A stretch of DNA of 64,000 nt from Candidatus Poribacteria bacterium (lineage in GTDB: Bacteria > Poribacteria > WGA-4E > WGA-3G). The stretch is taken from assembly GCA_965205065.1 (NCBI GenBank), contig CBDBFT010000001.1:5102569-5166568 (forward strand). The letters run 5' to 3'. Positions 11,236-19,613 of this stretch are shown piece after piece. Numbering within the stretch: the first letter of the stretch is position 1; every line of letters starts with the position of its first letter. Made by a program: the position numbers and the translations under genes. The notes under the pieces were generated by a model, which saw only the letters and a program-made list of their open reading frames with translations, did no database searches and was not told where the DNA came from.

Positions 11236-11637
11236 ATGTTTAGATTTATGAGATTTGATAAACTGGGCGCAAAACTCTTAATCCTATCTGGATTACTCTG
11301 TTATATAACTCTGTTTTGTTTTTCGCAGTTAGTGCATGAGCATACTTGTTATCAACATGGACAGGAGAATTGTAGCCTTGGGCATCAAAATTGTAGCCTT
11401 GGGCATGAACATTGTAACCATAAAAATGAAGAAGAACATAGTTCTGATTGTAATAAAAGTTGTGCAGCTTGTGCTTTTGTCAACACCCAGTTCATATTTG
11501 AGTATCAACACAACACCTTCTCATACAATAGACCTTGCGATGGTAAAGTTATAGTTTCTGAGATATGTTTCATTGATTCAATCCCCATCCGTAATCTTCA
11601 CAGCCGTGCTCCACCTTCCCCCAAATACGCAAATTAG
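11236..11637 (+). CDS. secreted Cys/His-rich repeat protein (putative metal-binding)
   Basis: Signal-like N-terminus, then the tandem peptide ENCSLGHQNCSLGHEHCNH encoded by a nucleotide tandem repeat at 11372-11419, plus additional Cys pairs. Confidence 0.5.
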   Translation: MFRFMRFDKLGAKLLILSGLLCYITLFCFSQLVHEHTCYQHGQENCSLGHQNCSLGHEHCNHKNEEEHSSDCNKSCAACAFVNTQFIFEYQHNTFSYNRPCDGKVIVSEICFIDSIPIRNLHSRAPPSPKYAN

Positions 11638-12031
11638 ATTATAAATCGTAAAGTATATAGTTACTTGAACCTTTCTGTAACAAAACTTGTCAGTTTGTAA
11701 AGAAACGGAACACTACCTAACAGGTTGTGCGACAACATAAGTAGTCTGTTCGGTTTGCTAAACGCAGAGATCAGCGTGTGCAGGTAAATCTATAATCCAC
11801 ATATATTTGAGATAGAAAGTATTAGAAACAGAAGTCTGACATAATTTCTTTAGGATTCTGTCAACACGTACTGTTTTCGTAATTCTGTATCTGTTTCTAA
11901 GGTTATTAGTATTCGTTTTAATTTCAATTCGTTTTATTTTTATGCGTCTTGCCAATACTGTAATGAAGTTGGTATAAGACTGTACTGCTGTGTGTTTTCA
12001 TATCCACAGCGACTTTATATAGGAGAATATA

Positions 12032-12646
12032 ATGTCAAATTATTTTTATTCGCGCGACAATTCATTTAATTTTTCTCAGATTATTTTAGTTGTCTTAGTA
12101 GCTATACTCCCATTATTCGGTGGGTGTGGTGAAGATGACAACCCAATAGTTGATGGTGACGACCATGACCACGACAATGGGGATGCCCCCATTCACGCCG
12201 ATGTTGACGGTTTCATTTTAGAAGTCAATGAGACAGAGGTTTATCGTCAGTTTAAAGAATCCCAAACAGGTGACGGACTCACGGTTAAAGCTGGTGAAGA
12301 GATTGAGGTCCATGCAGTATTTCTTGATGCAAACGGCAAAGAGGCACACCTCCATGAAGTAAAATCCACTGATGAACATGGTCATGAGGAAGAATTCGCC
12401 TTGGGCATAACGGGATACGATGAGACTATTATCACGATCCATCTGGACCACGATGAACACGACCACGGTGATGAAGACAACGGTGATGAAGACCACGATG
12501 ACAACGGTGATGAAGACCATGGTGACGAGTTACCGTTTGGTCTTGAGGGATTGAAAGCAGGTAAAACGGAAATCAAACTCCAACTGCTTCACGGGGATCA
12601 TCCCGATTTCACGGGGGCATTTCCGATACCGGTAACTGTTGAGTAA
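12032..12646 (+). CDS. His/Asp-rich periplasmic lipoprotein (putative zinc-binding)
   Basis: Lipobox LFGGCG. Repeated DHDHDNGD and HDEHDHGDEDNGDEDHDDNGDEDHGDE tracts. An AGGAGAATATAATG ribosome-binding site precedes the start. Confidence 0.6.
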   Translation: MSNYFYSRDNSFNFSQIILVVLVAILPLFGGCGEDDNPIVDGDDHDHDNGDAPIHADVDGFILEVNETEVYRQFKESQTGDGLTVKAGEEIEVHAVFLDANGKEAHLHEVKSTDEHGHEEEFALGITGYDETIITIHLDHDEHDHGDEDNGDEDHDDNGDEDHGDELPFGLEGLKAGKTEIKLQLLHGDHPDFTGAFPIPVTVE

Positions 12647-12656
12647 GGGGGACCCC

Positions 12657-14924
12657 ATGTTAAGCACTTGTGCTTGTTCGGATAGGTCTCTCACGGTAGG
12701 GATGCTTAAAAAGCGTCCCTGCCTATTCGTGCTGGTGTCTGGGATAATAGTCTGTCTATTTTGCTATTTAAAGGATTCCCAAAGTGCTTCAAACACAACG
12801 TGCCCTCTGGAGGGAGAGGTTGTTGAAACACGGAGCAATACCCGACTTGAGGGGGTTACGGTCCGTATTAAGGGACTTGATAAGCACGTCCGAACCGATG
12901 CAAACGGTCGGTTTAAGTTTGATACCGTGCCGGAAGGACATCAGACGCTGGAGTGTATGAAAGTCGGTTATCAACGGTTTGAACAGGTAATTGATGTGAA
13001 TACCTCTTCCCCTTATCTCCAGATTGAACTGGAGACGTTGTCGTTTCAACTGCAGACGATCAGGGTATACGGTTCAAAACGCACGGTTTCAAAGTTTGAG
13101 GCAACAACCGACTTAGCATTGAGTGAAGCAGAACTCCAAAGACGGTTAGGTATGACCTTGGCGAACACGTTGGCGGATGAGACAGGAGTTTCCCAACGGA
13201 TGATGGGACGGGCTATTTCACGTCCTGTTATTCGGGGATTGGGCGGTGATAGGCTGCTAATTCTTGAAAACGGCGAACGCACAGGGGATAAATCCGGCTC
13301 CAGTGCCGACCATGCCGTATCTATTGACCCGACGACTGCTGAGGGGGTTGAAATTACGCGCGGTCCCGCATCGTTAATTTACGGATCAAGTACGTTGGGT
13401 GGCGTTATTAATGTCAAAAGTAATCATATACCGCAAATTCTACCGAGACAGCTTAATATGCATCTAACGTTCCAAGGTGAATCTGTAAACTCAGGTTTGG
13501 CTGGAACAACAGGATTTACGATCCCGATTGGTGATTTTGCAGGCAATGTAGAATGGAATCGACGTCTTGCATCTGACATACAAACGCCGATAGGTGTACT
13601 CAAAAACACCTCCCTTTCAAATGTAAATTTTTCAGGTGGTGCTTCGCTGATTAAGCCGTGGGGTTTCATCGGTGCCTCTGGTAGTCGTTATAGATCAGAT
13701 TACGGCGTTCCCGGCTCACCCGAAGGACATATTAGCGGGGTTAACATAGAACTTGACAAGCAACGTTATGAAGGACAGATGGAGTACCGCTTCAATTCAA
13801 CAATACTTGAAAAGGTAAAACTCCAGACTGCCTATACGCGTTATCAGCATCAAGAGTATGAGTCCAACGGGAGACTTGGTGTTGAATTCGGTCTGTTAAC
13901 CTACAACGTATCAATGATGGCTCATCTATATGACAACGCGATTGCAGGCGTTTGGTGGGAATACCGAGATCATGCTACAGACGGATTCTACTGGACACCG
14001 CACACCCGTGAATTTGCGTTGGCAGGATTCTATCTAAACCAGCGTAACTTTGACAAACTCACCTTACAGGGGGCTATCCGTTACGACATTAGACGTTCGG
14101 AACCGTTCAGGCCTGGGGCAGTTGTCCGAGCAGGAAAAGTCCAACGTCGCGATTTCAACGGTCTGTCGGCTGCTACCTCTGGAATTTACCATTGGACAGA
14201 TAATCTGAGTACTGGGGCAACCCTGATGAAGACGTTTCGCGCCCCGGGAATTGAGGAACTTTTCAGCGATGGACCTCACTTGGCTGTCTATTCCTACGAA
14301 ATCGGCAATGTTGAACTGGGTCCCGAAGACGGATACGGTACTGAACTCTTCGTCAAATATGCAGACGACAGGTTCAGACTCAATCTTGCCATTTTCAGGA
14401 ATCAGATACAGAACTATCTCGTTCCGACGAACAGCGGAGAAAAAGAGTGGGGCAGCGGCGCAGCAGGATGGTTATGGATTTATCAATACATGGGAAACGA
14501 CGTAGTGATGGATGGTGCTGAAGTCCAGATAGGTGGTGAAGTACTACCGCAGATACATCTTCAGCTCAATATGAGTTACGTCAACGGAACGATTAAGAAC
14601 AATGGACGACCGTTGGAGCGTGTCCCACCCCTCAACGGTAAATTCGTCATAAGTTACACACCTGCACCGTTGCATTTGTATGTCGCGTCCCGTTTCTCAG
14701 GCAGCCAGAACCGGCTTGGTGAATTTGAGGAACCGACAGATGGCTATCTCGTCTATGATATCGGAACTTATCTCAATTTTTCGCGCTTGAAACTTGATAA
14801 CATGATCGTTTTCGAGATTGAAAATCTCTTTGATACAACGTATCGTGAACATCTGTCCCGCATCAAAGCCGCAATGCCGGAACCAGGACGGAATGTAAAA
14901 CTCTTGTATAAACTTAATTTTTAG
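12657..14924 (+). CDS. TonB-dependent outer-membrane receptor with N-terminal carboxypeptidase-regulatory-like domain (putative ZnuD-like metal receptor)
   Basis: CarbopepD_reg-like segment (TDANGRFKFDTVPEG). Plug-domain motifs (RGLGGDRLLILENG). C-terminal aromatic residue (LNF). The AAGGGGG ribosome-binding site before the ATG at 12657 fixes the start; an ATG at 12702 is the alternative. Confidence 0.8.
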   Translation: MLSTCACSDRSLTVGMLKKRPCLFVLVSGIIVCLFCYLKDSQSASNTTCPLEGEVVETRSNTRLEGVTVRIKGLDKHVRTDANGRFKFDTVPEGHQTLECMKVGYQRFEQVIDVNTSSPYLQIELETLSFQLQTIRVYGSKRTVSKFEATTDLALSEAELQRRLGMTLANTLADETGVSQRMMGRAISRPVIRGLGGDRLLILENGERTGDKSGSSADHAVSIDPTTAEGVEITRGPASLIYGSSTLGGVINVKSNHIPQILPRQLNMHLTFQGESVNSGLAGTTGFTIPIGDFAGNVEWNRRLASDIQTPIGVLKNTSLSNVNFSGGASLIKPWGFIGASGSRYRSDYGVPGSPEGHISGVNIELDKQRYEGQMEYRFNSTILEKVKLQTAYTRYQHQEYESNGRLGVEFGLLTYNVSMMAHLYDNAIAGVWWEYRDHATDGFYWTPHTREFALAGFYLNQRNFDKLTLQGAIRYDIRRSEPFRPGAVVRAGKVQRRDFNGLSAATSGIYHWTDNLSTGATLMKTFRAPGIEELFSDGPHLAVYSYEIGNVELGPEDGYGTELFVKYADDRFRLNLAIFRNQIQNYLVPTNSGEKEWGSGAAGWLWIYQYMGNDVVMDGAEVQIGGEVLPQIHLQLNMSYVNGTIKNNGRPLERVPPLNGKFVISYTPAPLHLYVASRFSGSQNRLGEFEEPTDGYLVYDIGTYLNFSRLKLDNMIVFEIENLFDTTYREHLSRIKAAMPEPGRNVKLLYKLNF

Positions 14925-14932
14925 AACTGTAG

Positions 14933-14964
14933 GATGGAGAATGTATTTTATCATTCCCTATCCT
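14933..14964. promoter_or_regulatory. 32-bp near-palindrome ggatggagaatgTATTTTATcattccctatcc (candidate metalloregulator operator) upstream of znuA-like gene
   Basis: GAATG/CATTC arms around an AT-rich core, directly between the TonB receptor stop and the lipoprotein start of the binding protein. It falls inside the over-extended track ORF starting at 14941. Confidence 0.2.
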
Positions 14965-15063
14965 CTATTTTCTAAGGAGAAAAAATTGAAAAGACATATT
15001 AACCACGAATTAGCAGATTCGACTGGTGTGTATCTGTGTCGCGTGCGCGATCCACGAAACATT

Positions 15064-16005
15064 ATGTGGAGAATATACATTTCAGTGTGTTTAATAGGTA
15101 TATTGGTATGGTCTGGCTGTGATCCGAAGGGACAACAGGAAACTGCAACTGACGATAATCTGCGCGTTGTTACCACGATCGGCATGATCACTGATATTGT
15201 TAAAAATGTCGGAGGTAAGCGCGTTGATGTGATCGAGATAGTGAAACCTGGCGTAGACCCACACTTTTACAACCCGACACCTAAAGACGTTCAAAAGTTC
15301 GGTTCAGCAGACATAATCTTCTATAACGGGCTACACCTTGAAGCAAAAATGGCGGACGTCCTTGAGAAGATGTCGGAGGATAGGTTGACAGTCGCAGTAA
15401 CAGACGGTGTAGATCGGAGTCAACTGCTAACACCTTCAGAATACGAGGGACTCTACGATCCGCACTTATGGTTTGACGTGAAGCTTTGGATGCAAGCAGT
15501 AGGAAAGGTTCGCGATACACTCAGTGAATTCGATGCCGATAATGCTCCGCTGTACCGAAACAATGCTGAACACTACCTAACGAAGCTCAAGGAACTTGAT
15601 GAATACGTAAAGTCGCAAGTGGAAGGTGTGCCATATCAGCAACGCGTACTTGTGACGGCGCACGACTGTTTTAACTACTTCGAAAAGGCGTACGGGTTTG
15701 AGGTGCGCGGATTACAAGGTATTAGTACTGCGACAGAAACCGGTATCGCTGATGTCCAGGATTTGGCTACGTTTATTGTGGAGCGACGTATCCCTGCTAT
15801 TTTTGTAGAGTCATCCATCTCTTCACGAAGTCTTGAAGCGGTGAAAGCTACTGTGAAATCAAAAGGATTTGATGTTACGATCGGTGGTGTACTGTTCACA
15901 GATGCTATGGGAGACGAGGGGACACCTGAAGGTACATACATCGGTATGATCCGACATAATATTGATACGATTGTCCACGCTTTGATTGGGCAATCGGAGT
16001 TATAA
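15064..16005 (+). CDS. metal ABC transporter substrate-binding lipoprotein (ZnuA/TroA/MntC family)
   Basis: Lipoprotein signal MWRIYISVCLIGILVWSGC. DPHFY and DPHLWFD metal-site motifs. Start moved to the ATG at 15064. Confidence 0.8.
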   Translation: MWRIYISVCLIGILVWSGCDPKGQQETATDDNLRVVTTIGMITDIVKNVGGKRVDVIEIVKPGVDPHFYNPTPKDVQKFGSADIIFYNGLHLEAKMADVLEKMSEDRLTVAVTDGVDRSQLLTPSEYEGLYDPHLWFDVKLWMQAVGKVRDTLSEFDADNAPLYRNNAEHYLTKLKELDEYVKSQVEGVPYQQRVLVTAHDCFNYFEKAYGFEVRGLQGISTATETGIADVQDLATFIVERRIPAIFVESSISSRSLEAVKATVKSKGFDVTIGGVLFTDAMGDEGTPEGTYIGMIRHNIDTIVHALIGQSEL

Positions 16006-16221
16006 ATCTTTTCGTGACCTTGATAAAAAAGAAGCAGCTTTTATGAGAGAATAAGGCATGTCTGGCAGAACTGAAGACGAATCTACGTGATCGCTAAAGG
16101 TGTACTGACGCATGGAAGAAGAAATGTATTCCTGCACACGAGATGGCTGCAAAGTGGCATGAACTTGTTGAATACCTGCTTTCACAGTTTGAAAGCAATT
16201 GATAAAGGAGGCTATATAACA

Positions 16222-16482
16222 GTGCAGAATATTTTCAATTCACAACAAAAGAGTGACCCACGGCAACTTGCTGAAGTCAAATCGTGGGTCTCACAAGCAT
16301 TTGATCTATCAGAGGATGTCTCCATAATGATTACTCAGTTGGAATGCACCGAAGAAGGATGTCCGCCTATTGAAACGGTCATTGCAATCCTGGAGACACT
16401 GGGAAAGCCCCGACAATACAAGATTCACAAACCACTGTCGGAGGTTAAGCAGACAGACATCGTTAGCTTGACCGCTGACTAA
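16222..16482 (+). CDS. small hypothetical protein with CxEEGC pair, embedded in metal island
   Basis: An AAAGGAGG ribosome-binding site 9 nt before the GTG at 16222. Sequence ...LECTEEGCPPIETVIAIL... The longer track ORF (from 16087) has no ribosome-binding site. Confidence 0.3.
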   Translation: MQNIFNSQQKSDPRQLAEVKSWVSQAFDLSEDVSIMITQLECTEEGCPPIETVIAILETLGKPRQYKIHKPLSEVKQTDIVSLTAD

Positions 16483-16500
16483 ATTCAATAAGGAGAGAAA

Positions 16501-17853
16501 ATGAACACAGGAATGCTACACAATCAAGTACCCGTCACTGTGTTGACGGGCTTTTTGGGGTCTGGTAAGACCACACTTCTCAACCGTATTCTCACAGAAA
16601 ACCATGGCAAACGTATCGCTGTCATTGAAAACGAGTTTGGTGAGATTGGCGTTGATAATGATTTAGTTATCGGTGCTGAAGAAGAGATCTTTGAGATGAA
16701 CAACGGTTGTATCTGTTGCACGGTGCGCGGTGATCTCATCCGTATTTTGGGGAATCTGATGAAACGTCGCGATAAGTTCGACTACATCATGGTTGAAACC
16801 ACAGGACTTGCTGACCCTGGACCGGTTGCTCAGACGTTCTTCATGGATGTCGAAATGCAGGAGAAACTGCAACTGGATTCCGTCACAACGTTGGTTGATG
16901 CCAAACACATCTGGCAGCACATTGATGACAGCGACGAGGCACGTGAACAGATCGCCTTCGCCGATGTCATTTTGTTGAACAAGATTGACCTTGTGACCGA
17001 GGATGAGTTAGAACAACTGGAAGCCAGAATACGCAATATGAACGCTGCAGCGAAGATTTATCGCACAGAAAACGCTGTGGTTGAAATGGACAAGATCCTC
17101 AATGTCGGCGGATTCGATCTGGACCGGGCGTTGGAGGTTGACCCCCAGTTTATGGAACCGGAGTATCCGTTTGAATGGGGTGGTGTTTATGATCTTTCGG
17201 TAGGTACGCATGAGTTGGTTCTACAAGAAGGTCCTGACCCATCAATGAACATCGCGTTGGTGCCTGTCAATGATTCAACTGATGAAGCTTTGGAGGAGGC
17301 TGTTGAACCAGTCGTTATAGTATTCTCCGATGATGAGCATGAGCTTTCATCGGGTGGTACCCTTCAACCGAGTGGACAACTCATCGAGTTGGAACTCACA
17401 GCGGACGAATTACGTTTTGACGTGCAGATTGACCGCGCTGGTGCTTACGCTCTGTTTACCGAACATCATCCTGACGAATTTGAAGCGCAACTCATGAGCA
17501 GCGGTGCCGTTGTCAAGCCAGCTATTGAACGCGAGTTTAAGCCAGACCACGAACATGATGAAGAGGTCACATCGGTCGGTATCACAACCCCCGGAGACCT
17601 TGATCCTGACCGTCTGAACGATTGGATTGGTGATCTGCTTCGGACAAAGGGTGTTGACATTTTCCGCATGAAAGGTATTCTGAGCATCAAGGGGCAGCCA
17701 GAACGATTTGTCTTTCAAGGTGTGCATATGCTTTTTGATGGTCGTCCAGATCGTCCATGGGGTAGTGAACCACGCTACAATAGTCTCATCTTCATCGGAC
17801 GCAACCTTGACCGGACAGAACTGACGGAAGGGTTTGAATCATGTCTCGCTTGA
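16501..17853 (+). CDS. COG0523 G3E-family GTPase (ZigA/YeiR/CobW-like zinc metallochaperone)
   Basis: P-loop GFLGSGKTT. GCICCTVRGDL CxCC metal motif. His/acidic tail (KPDHEHDEE). A GGAGAGAAAATG ribosome-binding site precedes the start. Confidence 0.8.
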   Translation: MNTGMLHNQVPVTVLTGFLGSGKTTLLNRILTENHGKRIAVIENEFGEIGVDNDLVIGAEEEIFEMNNGCICCTVRGDLIRILGNLMKRRDKFDYIMVETTGLADPGPVAQTFFMDVEMQEKLQLDSVTTLVDAKHIWQHIDDSDEAREQIAFADVILLNKIDLVTEDELEQLEARIRNMNAAAKIYRTENAVVEMDKILNVGGFDLDRALEVDPQFMEPEYPFEWGGVYDLSVGTHELVLQEGPDPSMNIALVPVNDSTDEALEEAVEPVVIVFSDDEHELSSGGTLQPSGQLIELELTADELRFDVQIDRAGAYALFTEHHPDEFEAQLMSSGAVVKPAIEREFKPDHEHDEEVTSVGITTPGDLDPDRLNDWIGDLLRTKGVDIFRMKGILSIKGQPERFVFQGVHMLFDGRPDRPWGSEPRYNSLIFIGRNLDRTELTEGFESCLA

Positions 17854-18896
17854 ACAACTTGAACAAACGCTTTTTTCAGCCTTCTCAACTGCACGAGAAT
17901 TGGACTTCGAGCATCAGCGACCACGTCATTGATCTGGCGTGGTCACCTGATGGCAGATACGTTGCTGCCGCGTCGGTTCTCGGTCCGGTGACAATTTTTG
18001 AGGGTCATCGGCGATCAGTTATTCATACCTTTGAAGGGCATGAATTCGGTACAATGTCAATCGCTTGGCGTCCAGACAGCAAAGTGCTGGCAAGTGCAGG
18101 ACAGGACGGGAAAATCCGGTTGTGGGATATGACAAGCGGGGAAACGACGCATTCGCTTGACGGAGGTGCAGCATGGGTTGAGCATCTGGCTTGGAGCAGC
18201 GGGGATGAACCGCTACTCGCCTCTGCCGCTGGTCGTAAGTTGAAACTCTGGAACGCTGTTGGTGATCTTATTTGTGAGTATCCTGATCATCAGAGTACCG
18301 TTGCTGGCATCCAGTGGAAACCGGATGCAATGCAACTTGCCTCAATTGCCTACGGCGGTGTTAGTCTATGGGAACCAGAACATTCGGATGCTGTCCGACA
18401 ATTGGAATGGAAAGGTTCCTCACTATTGATTGAATGGAGTCCAGACGGTAAGCACATCGCCACCGGAGACCAAGATTCGACTGTACATTTCTGGATTATG
18501 TCTACAGGTGAAGACTTGCAAATGTACGGTTATCAGGCGAAAGTGCGAGAACTCTCGTGGGATCCCACGAGTAGATATTTGGCTACCGGAGGGGGTGAGG
18601 AAGTTACGGTGTGGGATTGTTCTGGTCGCGGACCTGCTGGTACCAGACCCATTTCACTATCCGGTCATCAGGATTTACTCAGCGTTGTGCGTTTTCAACA
18701 TCGCGGAGAGTTACTTGCCTCAGGCGGTGGCGACGGTCGTGTTTACGTTTGGAAATTGCGAGGCAACATTCGTTCTATGGCAGTGCATGAAGCCACTCTT
18801 TCAGCAGGTGTTACAAATCTTGTTTGGTCACCGAATGACCAATATATTGCTGTTGGTGACGAATCGGGTGGCGTGAGCGTTTTTTCGATCTCTTGA
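17841..18896 (+). CDS. WD40 repeat protein, translationally coupled to COG0523 GTPase
   Basis: Seven WD40-like blades (LAWSPDG..., WRPDSKVLASAGQDGKIRLWD, ...). Its ATG overlaps the GTPase stop by 13 nt. Confidence 0.7.
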   Translation: MSRLNNLNKRFFQPSQLHENWTSSISDHVIDLAWSPDGRYVAAASVLGPVTIFEGHRRSVIHTFEGHEFGTMSIAWRPDSKVLASAGQDGKIRLWDMTSGETTHSLDGGAAWVEHLAWSSGDEPLLASAAGRKLKLWNAVGDLICEYPDHQSTVAGIQWKPDAMQLASIAYGGVSLWEPEHSDAVRQLEWKGSSLLIEWSPDGKHIATGDQDSTVHFWIMSTGEDLQMYGYQAKVRELSWDPTSRYLATGGGEEVTVWDCSGRGPAGTRPISLSGHQDLLSVVRFQHRGELLASGGGDGRVYVWKLRGNIRSMAVHEATLSAGVTNLVWSPNDQYIAVGDESGGVSVFSIS

Positions 18897-19183
18897 TTAT
18901 TACTGCCTTCATGAAGACTTTGATAAACAACGATTTCTTGACATTGGCGGGTATCCCTGCCGAGGCGTTACAGTATCGGTTAGGAAATCGTTCGGCGTTA
19001 GAGTGGGTGGTGGATCAGTATCGTGTCAAAACAGACAAACGGAGCGGCATTGTGAACGACCCGAATCGCGCGGATGATGAAACCTACATCGTAGATCTGA
19101 TTCGGAAAGTTATCAGTGTGAGTTTGGAAACGGTGGAGATTGTTGAGCGGTTGTCTGCGTTGGATATTGGCGCGGAGGTATAG
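18893..19183 (+). pseudogene. remnant of the C-terminal tail of a type ISP/IIG restriction-modification enzyme
   Basis: 96-aa ORF: YRLGNRSALEWVVDQYRVKTDKRSGIVNDPN...YIVDLIRKVISVSLETVEIV. This matches my memory of the conserved C-terminal tail of LlaGI-like helicase-methyltransferase fusions. It has no ATG start (TTG) and overlaps the WD40 stop. Confidence 0.35.
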
Positions 19184-19205
19184 TATTTTCCCACACGACT
19201 ATTTT

Positions 19206-19234
19206 TTGACAGTCGGTTTTTTGTATGGTATACT
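19206..19234 (+). promoter_or_regulatory. strong sigma70 promoter TTGACA-17-TATACT for higB operon
   Basis: ttgaca at 19206-19211 and tatact at 19229-19234, preceded by a short hairpin (cgact...agtcg) and a T-run. Confidence 0.45.
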
Positions 19235-19286
19235 AATTAGGCGAACAACCCGACATGACTGACTAAAAGGCGGATCTTGTTTACAA

Positions 19287-19613
19287 ATGGATATTATAGG
19301 TGCCGAAAAACTGGACGAATTTGCACAGAGACATCCAAATGCCAGATCCGCACTTAACCGGTGGTTTAGATTAATAGATGAAGGAACCTTCCAATCAATT
19401 GTAGAATTGCGCGAAACGTTTCCTCACGCCGATCCAGTGCCAACACGTTCAGGGAAGTTATCACAAACAGAAGGAAGAACAACCTTGACAGTTTTCAACA
19501 TTGGCGGTAATAAAGCACGCCTTACAGCATTTGTGCACTATAGAAAGCAAACTGTCTCTATCAGAAGGGTAGAAACGCACGCCGAATATGACAAAAGGAA
19601 CTTGAGGAGGTAA
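19287..19613 (+). CDS. higB: type II toxin HigB (E. coli YgjN-type mRNA interferase)
   Basis: Motifs ETFPHADPV and FNIGGNKARL plus HAEYDKRN, as in YgjN-type HigB. A GGAGG ribosome-binding site for the downstream partner lies in its 3' end. Confidence 0.7.
   Translation: MDIIGAEKLDEFAQRHPNARSALNRWFRLIDEGTFQSIVELRETFPHADPVPTRSGKLSQTEGRTTLTVFNIGGNKARLTAFVHYRKQTVSIRRVETHAEYDKRNLRR

Noticed and set aside
11063-11955. Low-complexity ORFs 11063..11251 (+) and 11758..11955 (-)
   Set aside because: Their composition is AT-rich, basic or low-complexity, with no ribosome-binding site, and they overlap promoter or operator-like DNA. They are judged non-coding.
14941-15063. Track start at 14941 (MYFIIPY...) for the ZnuA-like gene
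   Set aside because: It would bury the palindromic operator-like site and precede the obvious lipoprotein signal peptide that begins at 15064.
16060-16230. In-frame TGA (16072-16074) just upstream of the small CxEEGC ORF as a Sec codon
   Set aside because: No start codon or coding signal exists upstream of the TGA in that frame.
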